Assembly: GCF_030144855.1 (NCBI RefSeq)
Contig: NC_082730.1
Location: forward strand, 14,570,001-14,634,000
DNA length: 64,000 nucleotides
Source: Hypanus sabinus
Lineage: Eukaryota
Reading direction: 5' to 3'
Position 1 is the stretch's first letter; each line of letters begins with the position of its first letter. A program made the position numbers and the translations under genes. Below the pieces are notes generated by a model. It saw only the letters and a program-made list of their open reading frames with translations, was not told where the DNA came from and searched no databases. Below, piece after piece: positions 1 through 13,206 of the stretch.

Positions 1-33
1 TAAGGGACACCAGACTATTTATTTAGTGATACA

Positions 34-297
34 TCATTGAGTAAACCCTTCCATCCCTTTGAACCACGCTGACCCAGCAACTCTGACAAACCTGATTAAC
101 CTTAAGCTAATCATGGGACAATTTAGAATGACCAAATAATATACCTGGTGTGTCTTTGGACTGTGGGAGGAAACTGCAGCACCCCAGAAAAACCCACACA
201 TTGAATGGGGAGAACATAGAGACTCCTTGCAGACTGCATCAGAATTGAACTCCAAACTCCATAATGCCCTGAGCTGTAATAGCGTCACGCTAACCGC
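34..297 (-). mobile_element. tRNA-derived V-SINE/HE1-like SINE (others at about 2380-2520, 50900-51110, 51715-51960)
   Basis: tagcggttagcgtgacgctattacagctc head and conserved core gggtgctgcagtttcctcccacagtccaaagac. Confidence 0.65.
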
Positions 298-363
298 TAT
301 ATGAAAAACAATTGAAGGAAAAAGGTATCTATTCTTGACTGGAGAACACAGAAAGACAATTGA

Positions 364-3300
364 TCATAAGAACATAAGATATAGGAGCAGAATTAGGCCA
401 TTCAACCCATTGAGTCTACTCCACCATTCAATCATGCCTGATTTATTATCCCTCTTAAACTATTCTGCTGCCTTCTTTCTGTAACCTTTGACACCCTTAC
501 TAATCAAGAACCTACCAATCTTTGTTTTAAATATACCCAATGATATGGTCTCCATTTCCTGTGGCAATAAGTTCCACAGATTCACAAGCTTCTGGCTAAA
601 GTATTCCTCCTCAACTCTCTTTGAAAGGGATGCCCTTCTATTCTGAGTCCATTCTGAGTCTGAGACTTTTGGGCCTAGATGCCTTCACCATAGGAAACAC
701 CCTCCCCACATCCATTGGGCTTTTCAATGCTCGACAGCTTTCCATGAGATCCATGGGTATCAGAGATACTTGAATCCACGGATGGGGTCTTTTCATACCA
801 TGGGAAGGGATCCATGGAGAGACTGATGGGACACTGACACGGAGTCCCCACAACTTGAGCCATTTAATGGCGATGAAAATCGAAGCAAAGGAACAGACAC
901 AGGTTCTGTGGAAAATAATCAGTGAACATCTGAAAGTCAAACACACTAAAGATTTCAGCAACTCTGTACCTTGACCAGGACCGACCAGTTTGGAATCTGA
1001 GCAGCTCATCGACCTCTCTGAGTCTCTGACTCCTCGCAGCTGCCTGAACTGCCGTGTCTGCCATTATCCCAGAACACAGCAGGACTCCAGATCAGGACAG
1101 CAGTGATGATACTGTGTATATGTCCGGTGGAAATTAGGGGTACAAGCTCTCTCAGTAGCAAGGAAACAGTCTAAATGGTACCCAACAGTTTGACTTTGGA
1201 ATGGCAGCCTTTGTGTGTATCCAGGAAAACTCCCCATTATGTGAAAGCAGGTAATTGTCAAATACATACAAAATGAATGGTGACTTTAGGGAGAGGGTGT
1301 AATTGTGATTGGATTCAGTGACCTACGACAGCAAAGGAACCCATAAGATTGGTTTTGATATGAAGCCAATAAGGAATCTTACGTCACTGGAAAACTGGAA
1401 AGAGCATTGGCCATAAGACCACAAGATATGAGAGCAGAATTAGGCCATCCTGTCCATTGAGACTGCTCCACCATTCAATCATGGCCGATTTATTATCCCT
1501 CTTCATCTATTCTCCTGCCTTCTCTTTGTAACCTTTGATGCCCTTACTAATCAACCTCTACTCTAAATATACCCAATGATTTGGCCTCCACAGCTGCCTA
1601 TGGCAATGATTTCCACAGATTCACTAGATTTTAGCAAAGTAAATTCCCCCACATCTCTCTTTTAAAGGACATCCTTCTATTCTGTATCTGTGCCCTCTAG
1701 TCCTAGATACTCGCTCTGTAGGAAACATCCTCTCTATATCCACTGGGCTTTTCAATGCTCAATATCTTTCCATGAGCTCCTCCCTCATTCTCCTAAACTC
1801 CAGCAAGTACAGGCCCAGAGCCTTCAAATGCTCCTCATACATTAGGGAAGATTGCCTTCACCTAATATTTGATATCCCAGTATGGTATTTTAATCCTGCC
1901 GAAGGGTTTCGGCTGAAATGATGACTGTACGTTTATCTGTAGATGCTGTCTGGCCTACTGATTTCCGTCAGAATTTTGTGTGTGTTGCTTGGATTTCTAG
2001 CATCTGCAGATTTTCACTTGTTTGTAAAGAATTTTAATCAGCAACCAGAATCCAGAAACTCTGTTTCAATCGTCACTAACTTACTTGGGCTGCTCAGGAA
2101 ATTAGAAAGTTAATGATGACCATAAGACAATGGGACTGTAAGACATCGGAATAGAATTAGGCCATTCGGCCCATACAGTCCATACTGATGACTGATATAT
2201 TATACCTCACTATCAAAGTCTCCTGCCTTCACCCTGTAATCTTTCGAGCCCTTACTAATCAACAAATTATCAAACTCCTCTTTAAATATACTCAATGGCA
2301 TATATTTAAATGAATTCCATAGATTCGCCACCCTCTGGCTGAAGAATTTCCACCTCATCTCTGTTATAATGAAAGGAGTCTGCACTTCCTCCATGTGGAA
2401 TGTGTGGGTTCTCCCCAGGTGCCACTGTTCCCTTCCACAATCCAGAGAAGTATCAGGTAGGTTGATAGTTCATTGTAAATTTTCCTGTGATAAGGTTTGG
2501 GTGAATCACTTTTATCAAGGTTTGCTGGGCTAGTGTGGCTCTAGAGGCTGGAAGGGACTGTGCTGTACTCCATCATTATTGTAATCTGAGGCTTTACCCT
2601 TTTGTCCTGGACTCCTCCATTATAGGAAACACCTTCCCTAAATCCACTCTATCTAGACCTTTCAATATTCCATCAGTTTCATTGAGATCCCCCTCATTCA
2701 AAGACAAAGTCAAAGTAAAAAATTATTATTGAGTACTTACATGTCACCACATACTACTATGAGATTCTTTTTCTGCGAGTATACTTAGCAAATCTATAGA
2801 ACAACAACTGTAAACAGGATCAATGGACAAGAAACTGTGCAAACTTAGGCTTACAGTTTGACTTTATTGTCCCCAAACTTGGCCAGAAAGCCAATGTGAA
2901 AGGAAGCAGTCCTAACACAGACCAATATAGAACAGCGTGTGTCCACTCTTAGGAAAACAGAAGGCACCCTTTATTCACAGTCTTTGCCTCCTGCCAGTCA
3001 GCAAATCTTCTATCCACGCTTGAATCTTTCCAGTAATACAAAGGCTTCTTATCTTGTTTAGCAGCCTCATGTGTGGCTGATGTAAAAGGCCTTCCAAAAA
3101 TCCAAGTCAACAATATCCACTGACTCACCTTTGTTGATTCTGCTGGTAATCTCCTTAAAGAATTCCATCCAATTTTTCAAGCAATATTTCCCCACAAGGA
3201 AACCATATTTTATCATGTGCCTCCAAGTATCATGAAATCTCCTGGGGTTTAGTCTATCTGGTCCTGGTGACTTATCTAACTTCCAAGCCCCTTCTCTACA

Positions 3301-3660
3301 ATAACAAATGCACTCACTTCTGACAATGCCCACCTTGCGTCATACTACCTGTGTCTTCCTCAGTGGAAAAACATTGCAAAATATTTATTGGGTGTGCCCT
3401 CCATTTCTTTGTCTCTCATTATTACTATCTCTCCAGTGTCATTATCCAGTGATCTGATATCCACTGTTGCTTTGATTTTACTCTTTATATGTCTGAAAAT
3501 ATCTTGGTCACATCTTTTATATATTGGCTTGTTTCCCTTTATATTTCATCTTTTCTCTCCTTTACACTTTTCATGTAGCCTTCTGTTGGCTTTTAAAAGC
3601 TTCTCAATTCACTGACTTCTCACTAATTTTTACCATATTATAGAAACTTCCTTTCATTTT
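364..3660 (-). mobile_element. Several short CR1 3' fragments (about 364-750, 1410-1850, 2120-2700, 2880-3660)
   Basis: Repeated CR1 tail ataggagcagaattaggcc; KSPGPD and DFWKAF motifs. Confidence 0.7.
750..905 (-). pseudogene. Paralogue A second IgC2-like exon, truncated
   Basis: ttttccacag|AACCTGTGTCTGTTCC; EPVSVPLLRFSSPLNGSSCGDSVSVSHQSLHGSLP, frameshift, then WYEKTPSVDSSISDT; runs into a CR1 fragment. Confidence 0.72.
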
Positions 3661-3969
3661 TATGACACTGTCTCACAACTCAATACTTATTCCAGCATCT
3701 TCAATGAAGAAACCAGATGTACGAATGGAATGCTCTCAATTTGTCTGGATGTGCAAGTCCAAATATGTTTGAGGTGCTCCACATCCTCCTGGAGGGAGTG
3801 ACAATCTTAACTGTTCGCTGTACTTTCTTTCTACACCGTGGAGGCTGCAATGTGCAGCTTCTAAAAATGAAAAGGAATACCTTACTCTCACTAGAAGTAT
3901 AAGAGCAGCAGGAACAGAGAAACAAAAAAAAAACATTTAAATGATCCTCCCTTGAAATTAGAACTTCAC

Positions 3970-4893
3970 CGTGCTATTGATTTCGATCTCATATCTGCAG
4001 ATCTCTCTATTGTAGAAGATTGTCACATTAACCGTTCTGTCGTGTTTTTCTCCAAGCCTATTGAGGCGGGGCAGTAATATTGATGGGACTGGACGTCTAA
4101 GAATTGATAGTGCATGGTCAGTTCATTGGTATCTGAGATGTTTGGATGCCCAGATGAGGTTATTTCATACGAAGTGTGCTGAATGGGAAGAGGTTTCTGG
4201 AGAGACTCATAGGACACTGACAACAAGCCCCTGAGATGAGAGACATTTTGCTGGTTAAACCAGTTGGTTTCCTCAGCTGTGTAAGTCTAGGAAAGACAAT
4301 CACTGGCCCAGCCAAACTCGTGAGATTGAGGCATCCTTGATCCCCCCCAAACCTCGGTTTGTGTGGATGCTGTGTCCTTTACTACCCTGTTACAAATTAA
4401 CAAAAAGCAGACAGTACACTGCATACGATTAAAGGAATTATATTCATGAATCTTTACTGAAGAGTTAGGAAAGAATAACAAAAAGAAAAGGGCCCATTCT
4501 GTTTAAGCAGTCAAATGTGCACACACTGGAGCTAATCTTGAACTTCTCTGTCGCTCACGTGCAGGGCCCTTCAGGACATTCCTCGCAATCCATCTCGAAC
4601 AAACAGGTCTCCCACCGCATCATATGCTGCGACCGGTTCTCCCCAAAATCTTCTCTCCTCATCTCCTCTTGAACAAAAGCCCCAAGACCAACCTTATTGT
4701 CCCTCACCAAGAAAACCTCCTGCTAATTGGATGGCACACTTTCCACATCATCCCTCATCTTCCACAATGATCCAAACAGGCTGAAAGCAGGGCAGGAGCT
4801 TTGTGAATTAAATAACTACAGCAAAACAGTGAAGATGTGAGCCAGGGCAATACATTGGTGACAGATATCAAATCACAGGAACAGACACAGGTT
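3970..4893 (-). pseudogene. Paralogue A IgC2-like exon (EPVSVPV...YYC), decayed and split by an LTR-like insertion
   Basis: ccccacag|AACCTGTGTCTGTTCC; in-frame TGA at 4868-4870, a 600-bp insert at 4255-4854 and two 1-nt frameshifts. Remnant reads SVSYESLQKPLPIQHTSYE..ISDTNELTMHYQ..HQYYCPAS. Confidence 0.75.
4255..4854. mobile_element. Solo LTR-like insertion in the paralogue A C2 exon
   Basis: Exon frame resumes on both sides; imperfect 4-bp TSD ctgg/ttgg; ends in CA; composition resembles the 44923-45489 LTR. Confidence 0.62.
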
Positions 4894-4954
4894 CTGTGGG
4901 GAGGAATTCAATTTTCAGACACTGAATGAACATTTGAAAATCAAACTCTGCTCT

Positions 4955-5512
4955 GTCACTTTATTAGGTACACCTATTCATCTGTTTGTTAATGCAAATA
5001 TTTAATTAGTCAGTCATGTGGCAGTAATACAGTCCATATGAACAGACCAATATAGTCAAGAGATTCAGTGTTCAGGCAATCAGAATGGGGGGGGGGGGGA
5101 ATGTGATCTTAGTGACTTTGATCGTGGAACGATAGTTGACGCCAGACAGGAAGATGTGAGTATCCAAGAAACTCTTGATACTGTGGGATTTGCACATACA
5201 ACAGTCTCTAGAGTTTGCAGAGAGTGCTGACGAAAACAAGAAAGTATCCAGTGAATGGGAACTTTGCGAGTAAAAATGGCTTGTTAATGAGAGAAGTCAG
5301 AGGAGAGTGGCCGGACTGATTGAAGCTGACAGGAAGATGGCAAGAATTCAAATAACCACACATTATGACAGTGCTGAAGAACATTTGAAAAGACAATGTG
5401 TTAAAGCTTGAAGTGAGTGGGTCACAGCAGTAGAAAAACCCACGAACATACAGTGGCCACTTTATTAGGCATAGGAAGAACTGTACCTAATAAAGTGATT
5501 ACTGAATGGTTA
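4955..5512. mobile_element. Tc1-like non-autonomous element
   Basis: Inverted termini cactttattaggtac / gtacctaataaagtg; transposase 5' remnant. Confidence 0.7.
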
Positions 5513-5869
5513 AAGGCAGAAACTTGTGAGATATCCATCACATGTTCAGTGGCTTTGAGAGGAAAATGAAATTGTGAGTGGGTTCGGAGACCTGCCATAG
5601 AGAGGGAAGCATTTGGCACTGATGTTAATGCAGAGAGAGTGAGGGATGGACAGGGTCTGAATAAAAATCTGATACTCTGTCCTGAGGCTGAATTGGACGA
5701 GGAGGAGATTGCTGTTCTTCAGACACATCCATGAGATGGGCATTTCTCCATTCAGCAAATTTAAACCCAAGATCGGCACAGTGTCACTCCTCAGGACAAC
5801 TGATCCTTCACAGAGGAAACATGGATGAGACATTTAGTTCATTGAGAAATAAATCACTAAGAAACCTAC

Positions 5870-6194
5870 CATTAAATACTTGTAGATATACATTAAATAT
5901 TGGATCATGATTGATCTGTTGATGTAATTCCACAGCTGTACCATCCTGTATCTCCAGAGCTAAGATCATGCATAGTAACAGTAAATATTCCCCGTTCTGG
6001 GTTATCTGTGATTGACACTCGTCCACTCCGTCCGCGTTGCTCATTCGTTTCCACTAAAACTGAATGGTGACGAGTCCATCCATGGCACCAATACTTTGTG
6101 TGCGAGCGGTACTTTGCTTCATAGTGACAATTGATTGCGATTGCACTTATCACAACTCCTGTTACATGTTTCTCTGCCCTCAATGTACCTGAGA
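5870..6194 (-). pseudogene. Paralogue A IgV exon, frameshifted
   Basis: ccttccgcag|TCTCAGGT...AATG|gtaggt; 325 nt versus 321 in gene C. A 4-bp ATCA duplication (5908-5915) gives TGA at 5905-5907; the C' Cys is replaced by His. Confidence 0.9.
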
Positions 6195-8224
6195 CTGCGG
6201 AAGGCATTTTCAAATTTGAAGGGAAAGGAACAACTTAATGCAAAAAAGATATTTTTGAACATGAGATCAAAAACATGTCCAGATCACATTCAGCATGTTG
6301 ACCATAACACCACAGTCAATGGTTTTGGTCTGAAGTGCAGTCAGTGCTGTTACTGTGTCAGTGCTCTCTCCCCTGTGTCAGTACATTGTGGGTTCAATTC
6401 CCACGCCAGAGTCCTGAGCAGAAACCCAGGGTTATCTCCCATCTCACACCTCTCCCTCTCTCCTAATTATACTATCTCCCTCTCTGCTCAGACTTGATGC
6501 AAAGTCTTGACCCAAGTTGTTGACATTTCCCCTGCCCCTGACAGATGTTGCTTGACCCACTGAGTTCATCTAGAGTGTACTCAGAACTCCAGTTTCCCAC
6601 AATTTTAGTGTCTACAAGTATTCAAACTCTGTTCTGGAACTGGGGTTATGCCCCCAAACCAACACTGATTATGTGAAGTCCAGTGCAGGTTGTCACTCAC
6701 TGGATAGGAAACCAAGCAGAAGAATCAAAGTCCACAGCATTTTATTCACAGAGAACCAGCCAGGACCAATCTGTTCTCAGAAACCAATGACTAAAATAAA
6801 AATGAGGAAGAAGGCAGCAGGAGGTTAGATCAGAAAACCGCAGTGACCCGACTGGAATGTGGTATGTGACAATCAAAACACGTTTAGTTATATTAGCAAG
6901 AGAGAAACATTTAAACAGTTCCCAAAGACTGAACAAAAGAGTGAGCGGAGTTGAAATATTTGACCCAAGCAATAGCGAATGTTCTCATCTGAAGCAACAG
7001 TAAACGGCTGGAGCAGAGGATTAATCTGCAATGTCGACCACTCTGCCTCCACAGATCCCACCGGATTCCTTCAGATCTTTTTTTTATTTTTTGCTTGATT
7101 AAAATGTTAGCCATGATGAGTCACTGGGGAAAGTATTCATGGTCAGAAGTTAATAGTGGAAAGGGAACAAGTCCATGTTGAGTTTTGTGAGTGTGAATGG
7201 AAAGTTACATCACCCCTAGTCCAGACCACAGGAGCATTCGATGGCTCTGGGCTGGAGATTAGAAGAATGGGGGGAGTGGGGGGAAAGGTCTCATTGAAAT
7301 CTGTTGAATATTGAAAGGCCTAGATAGAGTGGATGTGGAGAGGATATTTCCTAAGGTAGGGGATTCTACAACTAGATGACACAGCCTCAGAGAACAAGGC
7401 CATTCCTTTAGAACAGAGACGAGGAAGAATTTCTTCAGACATAGGGTGATGTATCTGTGAATCCACTTCCACAGATGTCAGTTGAGGCCATGTCATTGGA
7501 TATATTTGAAATGGAGGTTGATAAGTTCTTGGTTATTAAAGGTGTCAAAGGTTATGGGAGAAGGTAGGTGAATGGGGTTGAGAGAGCCTAATTTTACACC
7601 TAAGCCTTTTGGTCTTATGGTCCTCTAATAAAGACACCAACCTGATGAATCTCTTCTGCTAAATGAATTTTTGAATGTTCAATGCTCGTCCAATGCCAGA
7701 AGTTCTCGTTATCACCTACCTTACCATCTGCCGCTGTTCCAAAACTCAGAGTTATGGACTTGTATCCCAAGGTCCGTACATTGTTCTAGACCTGCCTTGC
7801 TGATAATTCAAACAAACATGAGACACGTGAAAGACACCTGATAAATGGTCTTGGCCAGAAAGGACGACTGTTTACTGTTTTCCAAAGATGCTGCCTGGCC
7901 TGCTGAGTTCCTCCAGGTTTTTGTGTGTGTTGTGATCATTCTATCAAGCCTGTTTTTGGGAATTTGCTGCTGAGGAATGAGTAAAGTGGGAAATAGTTTT
8001 GATGTAGAAGGGGCTTTTCATGCACACTCAGCAGACGTACTTGGCTTCATTCCCTCTTCTCTCTGAAGACTGGTTCCACTATCTGAAGTAACTTTTAAAG
8101 CTCACCTCTTCTGAATTCTATTCCATCAATTTCAGGAGCTCTGACGGGATTTCACTTTGCGTCAGTTAGATGTGAGGGGAAACCAGTTGAATGGAGTTGC
8201 ACATTCTCAAGGGTAAAATCCGTA

Positions 8225-9950
8225 AAACCATAGATATAGGAACAGATTTAAGCCATTTGGCCCATCGAGACTGCTCCGCCATTTCATCATGGTTGATCTA
8301 AATTTTATGTTAGCTCCAATCTCCTACCTTCTCCTAGTATTTCTTCATGCCCTGACCAATCAAGAATCTCTCAACCTTTGTTTTAAATATACATAAAGAC
8401 TTGGCCTCCACAGCTGTCTGTGGCAAAAAAAATTCCACAGATTCACCACCCTCTGGCTAAAGAAATTCATCCTTGACTATGTTCTGAAACAACAACCCAC
8501 CCCCATTTTTAGGTTGAGTCTGCTGGTCTTTGACTCTCACACCATAGGAAACATCTCTAACTCTACTCTGTCAAGGCTTTTCACCATTTGATAGTTTTCA
8601 ATTTGGTCATCCCTTATTCTTCTGAATTCTAATGAATACGGACCCAGAACCAACAGACACTCTTCATATGAGAAGGCAATTAATCCTGTAAACTTTTATG
8701 TGAACCTCCTTTGATCCCTTTCCAATTTCAGCACATCCTTTCTTTGATAAGGGTTCTAAACCAGCTCACAATACTCCAAGTGAGGCCTCACCAATGCTTT
8801 ATAAAGTTTCAACATTACATCCTTGTGCTTATATTCTATTCTTCTTGAAATGAAAATTAACATTGCATTTGCCTTTCTCACCAGAGACTCAAGCTACAAA
8901 TTAACCTTTAGGGAATCTCACACAAGGACTCCCAAGTACCTTTGTGTCTCAGATTTTTGTATTTACTCTCCATTTAGAAAATGGTCAAATCTTTCATTTC
9001 TTCTACCAAAGTGTATGACCATACACTTCCCAAAACTATATTCCATCTGCCATTTCTTCACCCATTCTTCTAATGTGTTTAATCCCTTCTGTAGCCTCTC
9101 TACTTTCTCAAAACTACCTCCAACTATCTTCATATCATCTGCAACCTTTGCAACAAAGACTTCAAATCCATTCTCCAAATCATTGACATATAAGGTAAAA
9201 ATAATTAATCCCACACAGACCCCTGTGTAACACCATTAACCACTGGTAGCCAACCAGCATAGACTCCCTTTATCAACATACACTAAATACTGGAGGAACT
9301 CAGCAGGCCAGGCAGCATCTATGGATAAAAGCAGAGATGACATTTCAGGCCAAAACTCTTTGGCAGGACTGGAGAAAAATAATCTGAGGAGTACTCAGCT
9401 ACTCATCTGCACATTATCTCTTGTTTGTGATTTGAAGATTCCCTTTATTCCCACTCTTTGCCTCCTGTCAGTCTGCCACTGCTTTATCCATGCTAGAATC
9501 TTCCCTGTAATACCATGGACTCATAGCTTGTTAATCAGCCTCATGTGTGGTACCTTGTCAAAGTCCTTCTGAAAATCCATGTACATAACATCATCTGATT
9601 CTCCTTTGCCTAACCTGCTCATTATTTCTTCAAAGAATTCCAACAAATTTTTCAGGCAAGATTTTCCCTTAAGGAAACCATGCTGACTATGGACTATTTA
9701 ATAATGTGCCTCCAAGTACCCTGAAACCACATCTTTAACAATCAACTTCAACATTGTTCCAACCATTGAGGTCATTCCAAATGGCCTATAATTTCCTTTC
9801 TTCTGCCTCTCTCTATTTTCGAAGAGTGGAGTGACATTTGCAATTTCCCATTCCTTCAGAACCAATCCCGAAGCAACTTATTCTTGAAAAAGCACTACTC
9901 ATGTCTCCATAATTTCTTCAGACACCTCTTTCAGAACCCTGGCGTATGCT
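8225..9950 (-). mobile_element. CR1 LINE fragment
   Basis: LYVNDLE..KVADDMK..WQMEY; CR1 3' tail. Confidence 0.85.
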
Positions 9951-11730
9951 GTCTGGTCCAGGTGCTTTATTTACTTTCAGACCATACAGTTTCAGTAAGT
10001 GTTCAGTGATCATTTCAGTGTTGAGGTGACTGGTTCAGAAGCCTGATGGCTGCACTGTTGTTGAACCTGTTAGTTTGGGACCTGAGGCTCCAGTTCTCTG
10101 CTCGGCAACAGCAAGAAGACAGCATGTCTGGAAGATGTGGGTCCTTGATGATGGATTCTGCTCTCTTGTGGCAGGACTACTTTACAGATGTGCTCACTGG
10201 TGGGCTGGGCTTTACCTATCAGCTGATCAGATCAGTCTTAACCAACCTCCACACAGACCGTCCCTGAGTAATGAATGTGTCTGTTTTTACAGATGCCTAT
10301 AAGTCAATTTTACCCTTGTGTCAGAAAACACAACAAATATCTATACTTCCATGATACTGTAATGGAGAGCATCAACTGCAAATAAAACTGAGATGAAAGA
10401 GTAATTCTGAAAAGTGGAGCGAAAGAAAACCAGTTCTGTTATTTGTAGGAACAAAGAACACAGAACAGTACAGCACAGTACAGGCCTTTCAGCACAGAAT
10501 ATTGTGCCAATTTATACTTCATGATCAATCTAACCCTTCCCTCCTACACAGCACATCACCCCCTATATTCATACAAACATGTACGTGCATAACTAAGAGC
10601 CTCTAAATGTCCTTATTGAGTCAGCCTCTACCATCTTGCCTGCAGTGTTTTCAGGGACCCACCACTCTCAGTATATAAAAAAAAAACATCCTCTCAGCTT
10701 TTGTCCACTCACCTTAAATGGACGTTCTCTGGCATTGGTCATTGTCACCATGGGAAAGAGGTACTAGCTGTCCACTCAATCTATGCCTTATATTCCACAA
10801 TACTCCAAGTGTGATCGAACTGGAGGATTATTGATTTGCAACATTACCTTGTGGCTCTTGATCTCAATCCCTCAACTAGTGAAGCCCAGCACATCCTACA
10901 CCTTCTTTAACACCCTTACAACTTGCACAGCAATTTTGAGTTATCTGTGGACTTACACCCCAATATCCCTCTGTTCCTCCACATTGCTCAGACTCCTGCC
11001 ATTAACCTTGTAATTCAAGTTCACTCACCCAAAGTGTATCACTTCACATTTTTCTGTTAAGCTCCATCAATCACTTCTCCATCCAGCATTGCATCCTGTC
11101 TTTACCCTGTTGTGACTGATGACAAGGCTCTAGACCATCCACAATACCGACAATCTTCGTGTCACATGCAAACATTACTGTGCAGAATTCGCAGGCACAT
11201 ATCAAAATATTCTGTAAAGTGAAGATGCTTTCAAAAATAATGAAATGAGAAGTAAACAGTAAAAACAATAAATCAGGTCAATATTTGGTGAGACCATCCT
11301 TTGCCTTTAAAACTGCATCAATCCTCTTAGGTGCACTGTTGTGCCGTTTTGTAAGAAAATTATCTGATGGATCGCTACAGTTCTTCTTCAGACTTTGGCA
11401 GTTGTGCTTGCCTCTGAATCTCCAGATAATCTCAAAGAGCCTCAATGATGTTGAGCTCAGGGTGCTGTGGAAGTCATAGCTTCTGAAACCATATAAATAA
11501 ACCTACGACTTTAGCATAGTACTGTACATTGGAGTTTTGAATTCAATAATATTACTGAGGCTCATTCATTTGTAGATGTGTCTTTAAATCAGATTGTCAC
11601 AACCTGGGAATGAACTGAATTGTCTTTTATCCTACACAGCACTCAACTGACTGGATCTGCTCTTTAAAGCAACACCCTTCCACCTCTAAGCCAGATCTCT
11701 GAAGTGAAACTGAGGTTGATGAAAGGTTCT

Positions 11731-13105
11731 TGTTATGGCTTATAGCTCCAAAACAGTAAAATAATTCAAAGGAAAACAAGGGAGCCGAGAAATGTGAATC
11801 TTAGTTTGTGTTTTTACTTTAAGTGAGGTGCGCATGTATTGCGTTGGTGTCATGATATATGCTTGTAATCTGTATTTAATTATTTAAACAAACAATATGT
11901 ACAATATTATTCAAATATTGTAAAATATGAAATACACAACATTCCTCCCTGCTTAGTTGTAAATAGCAACTCAATATAGTATGCACCTCAACTATTTACA
12001 AAGTATAATACATCATGCAGCTATTTGCAGGTATCCACAGCATAAAAAAAATTTAATTTGACCCATTCAGGCCTAACGATTTAATTGCTGTGGAGGATTT
12101 CTTACTCTTGTGGGACAATATCTTTCCTGACCAGTAGGATCATTCTGCCTGATCATTAAAACTTGTGGCTGTGAAAAAATCTCAGATTCCTTGGTGGTGG
12201 TGGTTATAGGAACTGACTCTGAGACTGCAGGATGTGGTTCTGACAGTGCAGGACATTTATCTTCTCCTTCACTTTTCTTTTACTAGTTTGAGCATCTTGA
12301 TGTTGGGAAGATGCAGTGAGTTCACAGGAGTATTCACTTTTGAATCCTTCTGTTTCTCCCATTACAATCTGCTCTCTCTCTCTTGGTTTCCTCATCCACA
12401 TCATCATCTGATGAAACCTATGCTTTTGATTCTCCTTTGACTCCTTTCTTTCATTATTCCATCTGGACTTTGGTCTTTGCATCTACTCTTACAAACAGCT
12501 TTTAGTCTCTCACTTGAAGTTCATGCAATCAACATAATACATGCAGAGTAGATTCTTTATATTCACAAAAGCTGAATGCTCGCAACTTTCTTGAAACTTC
12601 TTGAACTCTGTCCCCACTTAAAACCAAGCCACATTTCACAAATAACTGCCTGACTAACATGCCAGAATCTTTCACTGATATGTTGCCTATAAAAGCTGTT
12701 GTAGTCAGACCAGTGTTTTAATCATTTTCACACTTCTACTAAACAGCATGGTCCTTCCTTGTTTCAATATGATTTCCAACCAGTAGTACAGAGATTAGCA
12801 CCAACATCTATTAGTCCTCTGTTGGGCAGTGGTTCATGTTGTTCTGCATGGAGACAGTTGTGACATCATCCAGTACCTTTTTAAATTTGTTTTCAGTTGG
12901 CTTTGTTGCAGGGAATATGGCATGCAAATTATTGAATGGATTTCCAATCAAGTAGTAGTTGTTAATGTGGCTTGTTTTTGCTGTATTTCACTGGTGCAAA
13001 TGTCATTCCCACAGGATTACTTTTTCCCCTGGATAAGTTCTGCAGGTTTCAGCTTGGAAACTTTGAAAAGCCATTCAAATTCATTTTCTGGAATGACTGA
13101 AACAG
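11731..13105 (-). mobile_element. 5'-truncated Gypsy (K02A2.6-like): protease remnant, RBM25 insert, integrase tail, PPT, 3' LTR (11731-11941)
   Basis: Protease-like SPVSVIPENEFE..KVLDDVTTV; tail CPALSEPHPAVSES; purine tract at 11942-11954 next to a TG..CA LTR. Confidence 0.8.
12265..12849 (-). pseudogene. RBM25: Intronless RBM25 fragment (RRM domain and flanks) captured inside a Gypsy element
   Basis: Manual translation gives VGNHIETRKDH.., TTTAFIGNISVKDSGMLVRQLFVKCGLVLSGDRVQEVSRKLRAFSFCEYKESTL..LHELQV..KLFVRVDAKTKVQM..DEETKR..SEYSCEL. This matches RBM25 (TTTVFVGNISEKASDMLIRQLLAKCGLVLSWKRVQGASGKLQAFGFCEYKE). Several stops and frameshifts. Confidence 0.9.
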
Positions 13106-13206
13106 GTGAATGACTTAATCCTGCTCCTGTGTTTATGGTCTTATGGTCTTGACTCCCTCAAGAAAATCCAGGAGCCCAAATGTGATCTGTTTGACATGTA
13201 TAAAGT

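Noticed and set aside
970-1110. Possible linker exon of paralogue A (SCEESETQR / SMSCSDSKLVGPGQ, donor CAAG|gtacag)
   Set aside because: It needs a frameshift, has no convincing acceptor and leaves only a 64-nt intron; I cannot support it.
3701-3936. Strong polypyrimidine acceptor at about 3891 with two short minus ORFs
   Set aside because: No recognisable domain and no clear compatible donor.
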